NCBI GenBank assembly: GCA_013265495.1 | Contig: MU058645.1 | Span: 248,001 to 312,000 of the forward strand | Direction of reading: 5' to 3' | Length of the DNA stretch: 64,000 nt | Source: Vicugna vicugna | Lineage: Eukaryota | Shown: piece after piece, positions 34,313 to 48,289 of the stretch | How the letters are laid out: each line of letters begins with the position of its first letter | Position numbering within the stretch: position 1 is the stretch's first letter | Notes under the pieces: generated by a model | What the model was told of the DNA's origin: nothing | Databases searched by the model: none | The model's input: the letters and a program-made list of their open reading frames with translations, nothing else | Made by a program: the position numbers and the translations under genes

Positions 34313-37300
34313 AGCCGCAAACAGCATGCTGCTGGTGCCATGAGACACACGTGTGCTGGGGATCACACTAGATCCTGGGAGCACAGAAGTGGGGGTAAAT
34401 GGCCCCTGACTCCATGGAGGTTACAGACCAGAAAGATATATAAACTTTGCACAAGCAGAAGAGCAGTTACGTTTAACGACTTCTATCAAGACGGAAGTGC
34501 AGGGTGCAGTGTGTTCTCACAAAAGGACTGTGTCTCCGGGGACTGGCACATGTAAATGGTGGGTGGGCATTGTGAATAATTCTGTCTGCAGCATTTAGCA
34601 CAGAGAAGGCTCTGGGTGGGCACCATTGCATGAAACCTGGAGAAGAGCTATGGGTAAGGAAACAATATTTCCAGTGAAGCCACCAATCAGACTGTTTCCA
34701 GGAGACATAATCTTTAAAAAACAATGAAATGTGATTTTTAAAGACTATCCATAGATGTAAGAGGTTTCTGAGTTCCATGCAGTAAGTAAACAAACAAAAA
34801 TAAATAATGAGCAGATACTTTTAATGTCAAACATCGTTTGGAATACGACATGTGTAACTTCCAACAGATACCGCTATTTTTACATGTACAACGACTAGTA
34901 AAATAGTTAAGAGAACACTTAAATGACATTCCAATTAATATTTCAGAACTGTTGAACCAAACAAAAAGCTGTATGATTAGATTCCTGCTAATGTAAAAGT
35001 TAGATTGACCTTCAGGGAAAAAAAAGAACTAAGAAACAAAGGCATACATTTTTTCATTAAAACATAGTCAGAAATTATCTTTTATCTTCTTATAAAAATA
35101 TATGTAGTGAGATACAATATTAAAACGACGAGTGTGGGAGCACAGTCCTTCCTAGACAGGACAGCCCAGAAGTGAGGGCAGGACTCAGCAGCAGCTTTCC
35201 AGACAGCTGGCTAATAACCTCTGGAAACCCCGCACTTTTTCAGTTCGGTTGCTCACGATGGCGGAAGTAATATTCAGAAGGAAGACGCACCCACTGCCTG
35301 TGCAAAATCCCAAACTGACAGCATCCTAGACCTGAGGCTGTTACTTTGGGAGGGGAGGGAACTACATCATGTTTCTAGCCCAAGTTTTAAGTATTAAGAA
35401 CAAATGTTCCTATTCCCCTGTGTCCCCCCAAATCAAGGCGCTGTGAACAACACTCAGCATAAATCCACTCATCCCATCTCCCACAGTAAAGATATTTAAG
35501 GTTTTGGTTTGATTACGGGGCACTTCAGTTAAGACTTTCAAATGTACTCCTATTGAGAATGTCCTGACCTACTTTCTCCTAGCAGGTTTATAACCGATTT
35601 CCCTTTATTATGTCATCCGCAGAATGAATCACATACTAATGCTGTTGCCTGGAAAAGAAGTAGACTTCATATTTGGAGTGGAAGCCGAGTGCCTAGATGA
35701 AAGCTGGAATGAACAGCCGGCCCAGATTGTTACGTTCATGCTGTATTAGGGGAGACTCGTATTCTCCTGCAGTCTCTTTAGAACCATCACTGGGACTTAT
35801 GACACTTAGAGCATTATCTAAATGAGCAGACGAAAAAAATAAAGCGAAAGTCTCTTACATGACTAACTGTAAAATATCATAAAACAAATAAATTAATTCA
35901 ATCGCATGCTCCAAATGACATTTTCAGAGCATTGCTTTTGCTTAATGTCTTTTTGAAAGAAAGACTGCTAGGCTCTGCAGAAAGCAGCTCATTTTGAAAA
36001 CTATTCCTTGATAATTGTCACTGATATGTTTCCAACTTACAAAATGCTCTGCCTAAAAACCAGGGCCACCCTTTGCGGTTCTGTGAGTGGCAGAAAAATG
36101 TTTTATTTGGGCTATAAATTCTGAAGCAACAAAAGTGTATCTGAATCATTTGAAAGAGCAGAGAGCACCGTGCGTGAAGCAGGTAGGACATGGAGCAAAG
36201 ATGCCTGAATAATCCCGAGCATATTTGGATTTTCTGATCTCAAAGAATAATCTCACATTTCAAATCGGCAGAAGATGAATTAGCTGTGTTCCACTCCGGC
36301 TGAAGGTATGAGGAACACACTGTCAGTTCAGAGGTGCTTCCAGAGGTTGTGGACCTCACAATTGTGAGATTTTATCAGGAAATCTTCTTATATGCTTTCA
36401 CTATGGTGTGTTGCAAGAAGAGACTAGTGACAAAAAGAGGATTGTTTAGGTCAACAGGCTGTGGTGTAATGAGGGCTGGTGGCCATTCTTCTGGGGACCA
36501 GTGTCCACCATCCAAACCTAAAGAGAAAGGCATCCAGGTATCAGAAAGGTGCAGACCCATGTACCCCTCACACTCTGGGGCTGGGGGTAGGGCCAATATC
36601 CCCTTGTTTTCTGAGAGCCGGACTAGAGAAACCTGGAGGAATCGGAGGCACAGTGTGTCTGGGTTGAGTTAGTGTAGCCTGGACACCTGCATTTTTTGCA
36701 ACGTGGCGATTGCTAATAAGCAGGAGTACTTCGGCAGTTTTCTTCTCTCTCAAATCTTCTAAGGAAACCTGTTCACTTAGATCATTAGCAGAAAAGAAGG
36801 AGGAAAAAAAGTGTCAAAACATTAACTCATAATTTCAACAAATATGTACTGAGTAGCTGTTATGTGTCTGACAATGTTCTGGACTTTTCACTCCCATTTT
36901 TCTCATAAGGTCACAGCAGGATCCCCCAGAAGCCACATGCCTTGGGGTGACTTCACCCCCATAGCTAATGGAATACAGCTTGTGTGTTAAGTGTTCACTG
37001 TTATAATTTGTAACATGGTAAATTTAAAATATGGTAAGTAACTGAAGACATAGTCCATAGTAAACAAAAGGTTTTTGAAGTTTTTAATATTTTAAGAGTA
37101 CAAAGAATTTAGACTGAGTAGTTTAAAAAAGCTGGCATATTCTGTGCAAATAAAAGTAACATTTATGAGAAAGAAAAGACCAGGTGAAAACCAGCCATAA
37201 GAAGAGTCAAGAGTCCTGTTAAACATTATTAAACAGATAGGTTATTTAACATCATGTTCCCATGATGTTTGAAAAAAGCACTTGCTTGATATCAAAATGT

Positions 37301-37529
37301 ATCATCACATTAATGTAGCCAATAGAGACCCATCTTCTCCTCAGCAGACCTAAGCACAATTGCCTGGGGCAAGTGTCTGCTGGGTTCCACCTGAAATACA
37401 GTCAGCGCCGCTAACTACCAGGCATATGCTGGTTTCAGGACAAGGCAGAGTAACACAAAGAATCACTGTAAGCCCTGCCCACACAGAGCACCCAGGCTTG
37501 GAGCTACCTAGATGAGCAAAGGAGCAGCT

Positions 37530-38086
37530 CAATGTTTATAGCAGCATTATTCACAGAAGCCAAGACACTGAAGCAACTTAAATGCCCATTAAAGTCCATT
37601 GAATAAAGATGTTGTGATATATATATAATGGAATACTACTCAACCATAAAAAAGAACAAAATAGTGCCATTTGCAGCAACATGGATGGACCTGGAGATTG
37701 TCATTCTAAGTGAAGTAAGCCAGAAAAAGAAATAAAAATACCATATGAGCTCACTCATATGTGGAATCTATAAAAATTGACACAAATGAGCTTATTTACA
37801 AAACAGAGATAGACTCACAGACATAGAAAACAAACTTATGGTTACCAGAGGTGAAAGGGGGTGGGTAGGGAAAAATACAAAGTTCAGGATTTGCAGACAC
37901 TAACTACTATATATAAAATAGATAAACAGCAAGGTCCTACTGTACAGCACAGGGAAACATATCCAATATCTTGTGATAGTCTATAATGAAAAAGAATATG
38001 AAAAGGAATGTATACGTGTACAACTGAACCACTATGCTGTACACCAGAAATTAACACAACATTGCAAATGCTTCAATTAAGAAAAA
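37530..38086 (+). mobile_element. 5'-truncated LINE-1 3' end (artiodactyl-type)
   Basis: AATGTTTATAGCAGCATTATTCACA...CATTTGCAGCAACATGGATGGACCTGGAG...ACAGCACAGGGAA...TGTACACCAGAAATTAACACAACATTG. Possible decayed TSD AAAGGAGCAGCT (37518-37529) / AAAGAAGCATCT (38084-38095). Confidence 0.9.
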
Positions 38087-39339
38087 GAAGCATCTGTGAT
38101 ACATGATGAGGTGAAGCTACAGTGAGATGATTCCAAGGATGCACTTGGAGACACTGATCTTAGTTATGATCTGGAGGAAGCAGGTGGGGTCAAGTTCCCT
38201 TCCAAGAACTTGAGATTCTGTGAGATGTCTGCAGAGAGGAGGTGCTGCAGTGGAAGAGATACGACAGCAGTGAACGTTGTGTGAAACATACCTTGAGAAC
38301 CACAGTAAGGCGTTCAGATTTCATCCCCAGAGGTTAGAAAGCTGGAGTGTCTTCAGAACACTGTGACTGATTATTGTCAAAGGAAAAAGGAAGAAAAGGA
38401 GTTCACCATCTGTGGACGAGGGGTTCCTGCCCTTAGGAGCCTCTTAGGGACTAGGAGTGGATCTCATTCATTTTTGAATCAACAACAATACAGTGCTGGT
38501 ACATAGAATATGTCTAAAATATTTGTCATACTGTTTGTCTAAATTGAAAGAAGATGTATGTGGATTTTCAAAATATCTTATTTTCTAGCCCAAAAAACGA
38601 TTATTTTTCACCAAAGAACAATTAAGAAACTAACTCCAATTCTGCCCCAACTTGAACCCAAGCATCGTAGTTAGAGATTTCTTATTTAGTCATAGTTGCT
38701 CCCCTTCCGTCAGAATAACACAGAAACAGATCTTTAGCTGTAACAGACATAAATCAATGTTTGTAGAGACTTGTAATAAATTGATGCTTTATCGAGATTC
38801 TAGGTTTTATTTTATTTTTGGAAACCAATTTTACATGAATATACTATTCCTGTGCAAGAGCGAGACTATACGCAATTCTCAAGTATACATCACGGAAGCT
38901 GAAATATCCCTGAAGCGGGAGGGGCAGTGCTGTGTGTTAATGACTGGTGTATAATTATTGTACCTACAAAAGATAGAGGTTCTCTTGGAGCTACCCTAGT
39001 AAAATGCTATACTAACTCTCCCTTTCTTTTCATGTTAAGATCAACCACTGCCTGTCTGTTGCTCTGTCTGAAACATCTCACTTAAGTGACCTCTCTGCTC
39101 GCATGTGCCTGGAGTTCTAAGCTGAGCCCAGAAGTCACCTAAAAACCCCTGTCACATGCATGCTGCTTCTCTGATCTAAGCAGCGCAAATCTGGCATCCG
39201 TGTGACTCGTAGTAAAGATTGCCTTTGATTGAAATATCAAGTTACTGTAGGGCAACATAAAAATAAATGCAGCCCTAGATATAAATTTTGTTGGGTAGTT
39301 TTGAAGGACAACTATCACTGACTGAATTTAGAGATGAAT

Positions 39340-40250
39340 TAATTCCCACATTAATTTGCACTCATTTGACAACTACTTACCAGAATTCTGCATGTGCAAG
39401 AAACAGTTCTATGGACAGGGAATAGGATAATAAACAAAACAGGTAAGGAAGCTGCTTTTATGGAGTAAGGGAGATATAAATCTGTAATTGTCCAATGAAT
39501 TATTTAATTATGCATGCGACTGGTGCTGCAAAGGAGAAATAAAGGATACCATCAGAAAGTGAAACAGTGGAACGGGTCCTGTAGACTCCCCGCCCTGAGC
39601 ATAGCAGCATGAACTATAAACCTCTAGAACTGTTCAGGTTACCTGCAGATTTATCCAATCAGCAGGTGGCCTCCTGGCAGAGGTCATTACAGAGTGCCAC
39701 CTATCTCTGTGGGCTCCAACCTTCACTTAAAGTTTGGTGTTAGGACTTTTTTTTTTTTTGCCAGATTCTGTGCTGTTTGAAAGATGCTTTAAAAATACTT
39801 ATCCCTCTGATTTTAAAGAGGTAGATTTATCCAAAGAAAAAGCTTGTTGTGTAAACAGAAATAAAACTATGTTCAGGGAGGTAAACAGAACACGTGTCAC
39901 TTGGACAAGATGCCCTGAGAGGCAGAGCGCAGAGCGCAGAGCTGTAGCCGAGGGCAGCTGTGTGCCCAGAGGTGACGTGCAGAGCCTCGCCCCTGCCTGG
40001 CACCGTGGTCCTCTCCCTGAGGCTACAGGTGGCCGTCCAAGGATTACAAGCCTGTGAATGACAGATTCAGATTCGCGTTTTGAAAAGACCATCCTGGGTG
40101 TAATGTGGAGTATATATTGAAAAGGGGCAGAAGGGGAAGCTTGCAGTAAGCAGGTTCGAATCGACGCTGGCTTTGATTAAATGGTGACAGCTCGGGGTGG
40201 GAAGCAATAAGATTTGATGACGTTTTGGATGTGGACAATCTGTAGGTGCC
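39340..40250 (-). mobile_element. L2 fragments
   Basis: Antisense L2 3' end (CATTTGACAACTACTTAC...CATGTGCAAG) and TTTTGAAAAGACCATCCTGGGTG further upstream. Confidence 0.55.
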
Positions 40251-41329
40251 CTTTATAGTTGCTATTCTTTCACAGTATATTCTAGAGCTCAGGACAAATG
40301 TACTGTTACTGGAGGTCCTCAGTTTTGTTTTTTTTAACATTAAGGCTTTTAATCATTTTTAGGAATTTTTTTTCCAAGAGTAACCAACCAACATTACTTC
40401 ACAATTTTAATTTTGGTGGTTGATTCCATAAGACTTGTGCTTCCACCAGTCCAAAATCCAGTTAAAATCTAACTTCTGAAGTCAGAAATAACAACAAAAA
40501 TGGTATAAACAACATTTTTGCTAATTTAAGGAAAGGGATGGATACATTTGAATTTCTCCTTAATGTACCGTCACATCTGGAGTTCCAACATCTGAAAACA
40601 AGACTGACTCTTCACACATAAAAAGGATTAAGAAGACGTCTATTTCAATTTCCTTGCATTTATGCATGTTATTTTAATAATTTAAATTATAATGGACAAT
40701 TATCAAAACTACAGAAAATTAAACCCTACTGAATCTAATATAGCAAAGAAATAGATTTAAATGATTAAATTTTTAACAGTATTTAAGCATTTGAGTGAAG
40801 GGTATATTTTATCAAGATAACGAGTTTCAATAGCCAGTGACAACTTTTTATCCCAAATCTCTTGAAATAACTGGAAATATATTGCAAAGCTGGAAAAAAG
40901 ATAGAGTATAATTGGTAAACTAGAAATTCAGAGTAATATTTCAAAGATAGGAAGCAAATAACCAGGCTGGCAGAGGAATGGAAGCTGAGAAGCTACCGCT
41001 CAAGAGTCCTGGGAGAGCACCATAGTAAACGCCAGGGGACCCAAGTAGGGGTGACTCAGTGGAAGAGCCGAAGGCAGGGGGAGGCATTTGGGGAATTACG
41101 TGGACTGACTCTAAAAACCACAGTTCAGCAGGAACAGTGGATCTGTGGCCCCAGCTTGTAAAGGGCAGCAGGCAGCAGGCAGCAGAGCTGTTTCCTCTAA
41201 TCAGACCCACCACGTGGATGTCTAAACCAAACTGGGTGGTTGGCTGCAGAGAGCAGAGCTTGGGAAAAGACGTAACAGAGCTTGAAGTATTTCCCTCCTG
41301 CAGAAAAGGGAGCAGAGAAAGAAGAAAGA

Positions 41330-42800
41330 GAGGAGAGTAAAGAGCTGCGTGTTAACACTCAGTTATTCATCTTTAGAGTCCATAACAAACTCCTCTCTAA
41401 TTTAATAATAAAATGGTCAAAAATGAGTCAGAATGTGGGCTATTGGTTTAGTACAGTAAGTACACTGGAACTTATACACACATGCACACACATACATTCA
41501 AGGTACGCAGGTAGCAAAGAATAAAAATATTTTATAAAAAAATGGAAATTGTAAAAAATTAATTATATATTAGGCTGCAAAAAGTCTCAGTAAGTCAAAA
41601 AATTGTAACTAGTAGGACATATTTCCTAATCACAATATTATAATGTAATTAATAGAAATTAAAAAGAAAAATATTATAGCTTGATGTATATTTAATACAC
41701 TATAAAATATTAAAAATAATTGAGCTATATATTCAAATCATGAAGATAAAAACATAATAAATTAGTAGTAGGATGAAGAAATTACTAAAATTCAAAGAAG
41801 AAATTAACTAAATGCAAAACAGAACAGTTGATCTGATTAATGAATATAAAAACTGATAATCAACTAAAAAATTTATATGAGCATAATATTAGAGCTGCAC
41901 ACATTGTATGAGGAATGAGGAAAAACAAGACATGGAGGTGACTGAAAATTGTAAGAAAATATGTACAACTTAAGAAAAATAAATTTGAAAATGTAGACAA
42001 ACTTAAGTCATCAAAATTATTCAACAAAGAATAGGAAGTTTAAGCAACACTTTATCACCTATTACAAATATCTTTGTGCATGTGTAACTCAAAATATACT
42101 ATTAAACTACTACAGTATTTGTGGTCTTGACCCAAAGATTGAAAAAATAAGTGAAGAAACAGAACCATATATGTATGAGTTTAATTTATGATAAAGGTGG
42201 TATTTCAATTCAGTGGAAGAAAGATGGATCTCCAAAATTAAAAAAAAAGTGCTTTCTTTTATCATGCACAAAATTGTTGTTTAAAAGACATATGTGTTCT
42301 TAAAATTTACACATGGATTAGAAAAACTAGGAGCCTATATTTGAGACATTGATGTTGGGGTGTTTGGGTTTGGAAGGCCCAAATCTCAGAAGAGAAAAGT
42401 TTGATTGAGTTCACTACCTACGAATTAGAAACTTTTATATCATGGAAACCAATGTAAATAAAAGATGAATAAGTGACTAGGGGAAAAGATTTAGAGCTTA
42501 TGTAACTGGGAAAATTAGTACCTGTGATGAGTAAAGTTATCTAAAACTTAAGAAGGCAAAATATATGAACAGAAATATCCTATTTATAACCAAAAATGAT
42601 GACAATTTAGTAATGTGGAAAATTTTGGATGAATGAAAATTGAGTCAAAATTCATGAAATTTATGTTATACAGTGTGACTTTTTTCAGAATGGGCAAAGA
42701 TAACAGATAATGTAAAAACTCAGCAAGAAGATTTTTTAAAATTAGGGTATGTCCATTCTGTAAAAATATTATGGAAACACAATTTGACTTATTTACAGTT
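41330..42800 (+). mobile_element. Old LINE-1 (L1ME-like) ORF2 fragments
   Basis: A-rich with AAAGTCTCAGTAA, AATAAATTTGAAAAT, TTAATTTATGATAAAGGTGGTATTTCAATTCAGTGG motifs. Confidence 0.65.
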
Positions 42801-42919
42801 TTTCTTATTGTAAACATCTTTGTACAAACAGCTTAGTTATATGGCCTATTTTTGCTCTGAATAAGTTTCTGTAAATCAGTTCAGTAGGTCAATGATTATA
42901 CATGTATTAAAAGTTCCTT

Positions 42920-43700
42920 GTGTGCTATTGGTGGGAATGTAAATTGGTGTAGCCACTATGGATAACATTATGGAGGTTCCTCTTTTGAGGAATTAAAAGT
43001 AGAACCACAATATGATCCAGCAATTCCACTTCTGGGTATTTATCCAAAGAAAATGGAAACACTAACTGAAAGTATATGTGCCCCCCAGAGTGCATTGCGG
43101 CTTTCTTTACAATAGCCGAGACTTGGAAACAAACCATTGGTTCCTTTATATCTTGTTTATGCATTTGTCCATCAATGAAATCAATGAAATATTATTCAGT
43201 CATAAAAAAGAATGACATTTTGCCATCTGAGACAACGTGGTTGAAACTTGAAGGCTTTGTGCTTTGTGAGATAAGTCAGAGGCGAGCACAGCACTATGTG
43301 CTCTCACTTATATGAAAAAACAACAACAAGAAACAAGCACAGATACGCACAGCAGATGGGTGGTCGCCAGAGGGGGTGTGGAGGGCGGGAGAAACAGGTG
43401 AAAGGGGTCCAAAGGTGCAAACTCCCACGTAGAAAATGATTAAGTTGCCAAATGTAATACACAGCATGGTGACTATAGTTAATAACACTGCATTGTACAT
43501 TTGAAAGTTGCCAAGAGAGTAGATCTTAAAAGTCCTCATTACAAGAAAAAATCTGTAACTATGGATAGTGACAAGTGTTGACTAAACTTATTGTGGTGAT
43601 CATTTCACAATATACGCAGATCTTCAATCACTGTGTTGCACATATGAAACTAATACAAGGTTATATGTCAATTATATCTCAATGAAAATAAATGAATAAT
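42920..43700 (+). mobile_element. LINE-1 3' end, L1MA9-like
   Basis: TTGGTGGGAATGTAAATTGGTGTAGCCACTATGG...ATATGATCCAGCAATTCCACTTCTGGGTATTTATCC...AAAGTTGCCAAGAGAGTAGATCTTAAAAGT...GTCAATTATATCTCAAT. Confidence 0.9.
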
Positions 43701-45689
43701 TATTTAAGAAAAGTAGTATATTCTGCTTAAATAAATAGCTTTAAAATCACCCTCTGATAATATCTCCTTAACTGCTATCTCCTATGGTACATGCCTTAGA
43801 ATTGCATTATATTTGGCATTTATTAGAAACCTTTCTCAGGCAATTTTAATTTTTCAGTAGCATTGTAGACTCTGGTTGAGTTCTGGAATATTTCCGATGA
43901 TGAATACCTGAACTATACGGCTTCTAATTAGCTTCACAAATCTGAATACAGACATGACATTTACATGCAGAATTTTGGAACCAGGAGCCGTTAGTGATGC
44001 AAAAGGCAGAGTGGTGTTCTGCTTACAACGTGAAAGGATGGTCTGAAAAGGCTGAAAATTCCTAAGTCAGAAATCATGTTCTTCATTCAAAAGCTACTAT
44101 TATAGTTCTGAAACCAATACAAAAAGATTGCTCTCCGTAGCAATTTATTATACATAAACATTAGGCATTTACAAATATAACTCTCTTTTTTATGGCCTGT
44201 AATATGTTAAGAAACCTTTTCTGGTGGATGATCCAAGTCTTTCGTTCTGCAGTGATTTTGAAACAACTAATATGGAAGTTCACATTAGCCACTGTGATTC
44301 CATCTTGAATTGCTTGGCAAACCTGAAATCCTATGAGTTTCAGACAAAATAAGTAGGGATCATAACATGTAAAAGTTACATCATAAGAATTTAAGAGATA
44401 ATGACTTAGTTAACTTTGTTAAGAACAATTGTATAATAATCAAAGAGTAAGATGTTCAATAATTGAAAAAAGATACAGCCATTGTGTGACATTCAGACTA
44501 ACAATCCTAGTAGAATAATACATATTCCAAAATAGGACACAAAAGTGGAAGACAGTTTGGGTGAGTGTAGCCTTCTCAGGCCACCTCTTGGAAATTGCTA
44601 CCACATGAGACCAAGCCTGTCCGTGTGAAATGCTGAGTCATCCCCGTCATCATCCTCACTTCCTGGACCACTGCAGGCTACCTCCAAGTCCCACTCACCG
44701 TGGTAATTAGTGTTAGTTAGTACAACTGAAATGACTAAACTGACCACATTATGAGCTACTTTGCCTGCATATCCTTAGTATAGCCGAGGGGGAAGAAAAC
44801 CACGAACAAAAAAGGGTTATGCAGTTATCGACGGCAAGGACTGGCAGCTATGGAATATTTTAATACTGTGGGAGCTTGCCCAACTTGCACTTAGAATTCA
44901 TCCTTAATAATTAAGGTGCATACTTTAAACTGATAGTATGCTAAATCTCTGATATATTTAATGAGGAAACTTAATCAGTATTAAAATCTGCACCACACAG
45001 AGGTGAAATCAAAAGAATTCTCAATTCAGTGTCACCTAGTAAGTTAGAGACAGGTCCGTGTTCCTACTTCAGTAAAACTTTCATGTTCCCTTCCTAAGTA
45101 TGCCACATTTAATTTTCTCTTCAGCCAGTCCATTTCCTAATGTAGAAAATAGAAGGTCAGAATTCATTTTTTATTTGACACAAGACATTATATTTCTTGA
45201 AGTCAGGTCTCCCTAATTGAAAACGAGAACACCAAAGTCAGACTAGAGATTACAAATTTCTTTTTCAAGGGAAAATTCAAAAAAACTTTTTCATAAGACC
45301 TCAGATTTGGAAAGAAACTCAGATGCCATCTAACTGTGCAACTTGCGTTTAGATGTCCTTAGGTAACAGCCGCGCCTGAGCCCTGCGGGCTGGGTACCAG
45401 CACCTGCGAGGGTGCCTCACTGCGTACGCAGCGCTGTTGTTACGGACTCGTTCGGGCTTGGGGTGTGGCTGATAGGTCTTTAATTAAGTTATGTCTTATG
45501 TGAAAAAATACCTTGATGAGGATTAATTAACCAAATATGTAGAATGATTTCGCTTTCTTTACATGCTCTAGGGAAAAACAAACTATACGGCAGGGCCTCT
45601 GCCTACTAGCGATTTGAAATCCCATGAAGAGGTTAAGTTAGGACAATTCATTGGTGGAAAAGATAATATCATATAAATAAACACCAAAT

Positions 45690-46445
45690 TCTGTAGCTGG
45701 TACTATCAGTCAGCTAACAGAATAACTGGTCCTAACCCCTCCTCCCGGCTGCGTCTCATTGTAGAGGCTGAGAAGTCATGCGTACTTACCAGCTTTCATG
45801 GAGGGAGACACATTCTGGGGATTCAGGAAGTGCCTTCAATTTTCCAGTAAAACAAACAGACCTTAATGAATCTTTTCTCTTCTTTTTTTTTGGTATTTAA
45901 AACATGGAAATTTACTGACAGTGTTGAATAGTAATGCTATTACAACCATAAGCACAAGCAATATGAATAGAATGCATTGTAAGATGCAACTGTATACAAG
46001 GATTAGAAATAATATTTCCTTATTGCATTCATGACCAGGATCAATTTCAATTTCAGCAATTATAGATTATTATAAATATGCAATGGTTTCTCTTTCTCTC
46101 CTATGGGAGTATATAGGCATAAGAGAATATTATTTTTGAAACTAAAAATAAAGAAGGAAATTTAGCTAATTAATTTGAAACCTGCACTTCTTTCTTCCTG
46201 CACAAATATTCACGTTTGGGATAGAAGCAATGTTTAGAGCTGAGGCAGCTGTTTTGTGACCATGACTTGAGGAAGGGGGAGTGCAAAGAAAATAACAAAA
46301 ATGTGAAGAGAAGAAGAAAATAACAAAAATACAGACTCCTGATACTGCAGGGACACCAGGAAGGAAGTGAGATGGACAGAGTCTTTTGTTAGTTCCTGCT
46401 TACAGATTTCTGCTTTTTACAGCTGAGAACCCTCGCTGATACACA
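45690..46445 (+). mobile_element. Old LTR (MLT1J/K-like), interrupted
   Basis: GAGCTGAGGCAGCTGTTTTGTGACCATGA and the terminus CAGCTGAGAACCCTCGCTGATACA resemble old MaLR LTRs. Confidence 0.5.
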
Positions 46446-46624
46446 CACTGATACTGTTAGATGTTGCTGTTTTGATATAGACTTTATAAATGATCATTTG
46501 TGTTAATCATATTAAATATCTGTAATATTAAGTATCTATTAAACATTAAATATCCTATATACAAGCAATCAAATCGATGCCTAATGAGCTCAGGACATTT
46601 TCACCTACTGTTTTTCTTGTTTTA

Positions 46625-46850
46625 GTCCTTACAGTATAATTTACCTGAAGTAAAATGAACAAATCTCGTACGCTGCTCAGTGGCGTTTTGCGTATGTATA
46701 GGTCTGTAGACCTACCAGCTCCATCAACATATAGGACTTTTCTATTGTTACAGAAAGTTCCTTCACGTTGTTTTTTAATCAATACCCTCCTAACCCTTAG
46801 AAGGCATCACTTATCTGACTTCTGCCACTTTCTTATTTTTTTATTCATTT
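46625..46850 (-). mobile_element. LINE-1 3' terminus (L1MB/ME-like)
   Basis: GTATAATTTACCTGAAGTAAAATGAACAAATCT...CAGAAAGTTCCTTCACG...ATCTGACTTCTGCCAC. Confidence 0.7.
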
Positions 46851-47879
46851 TAGGGTTGCTATACCACAGCGTCACACACAGGAACAAATCGCACGATGGC
46901 AGTACATAGGGTGCAGAGGACCTGCCTTTTCCTGCTTCCTTTTTAAGCTCTGGTCACACTCCCCAGAGCATTACTCTTTTTATGCTTTTCTTGTCTGGGT
47001 TCTTCTGGTAGTTTCTTTTGTGGCTATAATAAAACAAGATTGAATTAATATTTATTATTGTAGAATATAAAAGATGAGTTTAGCTAATTACATGACTTCC
47101 TTCTTTACCCTTTTCTTACCAATATTACTGCTACCACTTCAGTTCTTTTATGCTTTTAACATTCAAATATTCTTTAAAAACTTAATTTTTCTAATATTGA
47201 TGCTGAGATGTTGATTCTTCTTCCTCATTTCATTATTATATTTTTATTATCCATTGCTGTTATTATATTTATTATATGTATATGTATATATTATATAATA
47301 TTATAAATAATATTATTATAAATAACATTAATTCTTTATAATTATAATTATTATTTATATATTTGTCATATTCAATTTTTTATCTATGCATTCATGGTGT
47401 GAGAGTTAGCATTTAGTCTTGTAACCATAGCTTAGTCTTATGTTTTATCCATTGTTTAACTCTTAAAATTGAAAACCCCCAAAACAGGATTTCCAGAGTA
47501 ATGTTTACATAAATTTTTCTCAATTCCAGAACATGTGTTGTACTAGAATTACATTTCATCTCTCATTCTAATCATTCAAAAATATTTCAAATAGCAAGGT
47601 CAATTGTTTGAAATCATATCACATTCTAGGGAGCATTCTGTTTCCATAAGCCTTTTTGTGTCTTTATTTCCCCAACAGTTATTAATTTCCTTTAGTTTTT
47701 CTTGTAACAGTTGTCATCTTATAATCACTTTTTACATTATTTCAACTCTTTGAAAATTTTTGGAATTTGTTGAAATTACCTTTAGAGTCTAACAGACAGT
47801 TTTGGAACGTGTTCTGAATCTATTTGACAAGACTCTGTACACTGTAGCGTCTTCTATATGCCAATTAGGGCATGTTTGT

Positions 47880-48285
47880 TAATTGTTTATTCAAGTCTTT
47901 AATACTGTTACTAATATCTGCCTGCTAATTCTACTAATTATTAACACAAATAAATTTAAATCTTCTTTCATAAATCCTGTATCTCTTTTAATTCAGGCCT
48001 TTCCTAACTTTGCATATTTTCAAGTTATATTAGCATCATACACATTCAGAAGGGTTACATTTTCCTAGCGAAATGACCATTGTATCATTTTTCAAGATCC
48101 TTTTAATCACTCTTGATGCTTCTTCCTTTAAAGTCTATTGTGTGTGACATCAGAATAGCTATCTAAACTTTCTTTTGATTACTATTTGCATGGTATATAA
48201 TTTATTTTCCATTTTCTTAAACTTTCAACCTTTTTGTGTCCTTATATTTGAAGTGAATACCTTAAAGCAGTATGTGGTTGAGTTC
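47880..48285 (-). mobile_element. Old LINE-1 ORF2 endonuclease-region fragment
   Basis: Reverse complement CACTTCAAATATAAGGACACA...AGGTTGAAAG...ATACCATGCAAATAGTAATCAAAAGAAAG...GACTTTAAAG corresponds to HFKYKDT...YHANSNQKK...DFK. Confidence 0.8.
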
Positions 48286-48289
48286 CCAT

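Noticed and set aside
44215..44325. LIM-like FHISCFK peptide in a - strand open stretch
   Set aside because: The other zinc ligands are missing and the splice signals are weak.
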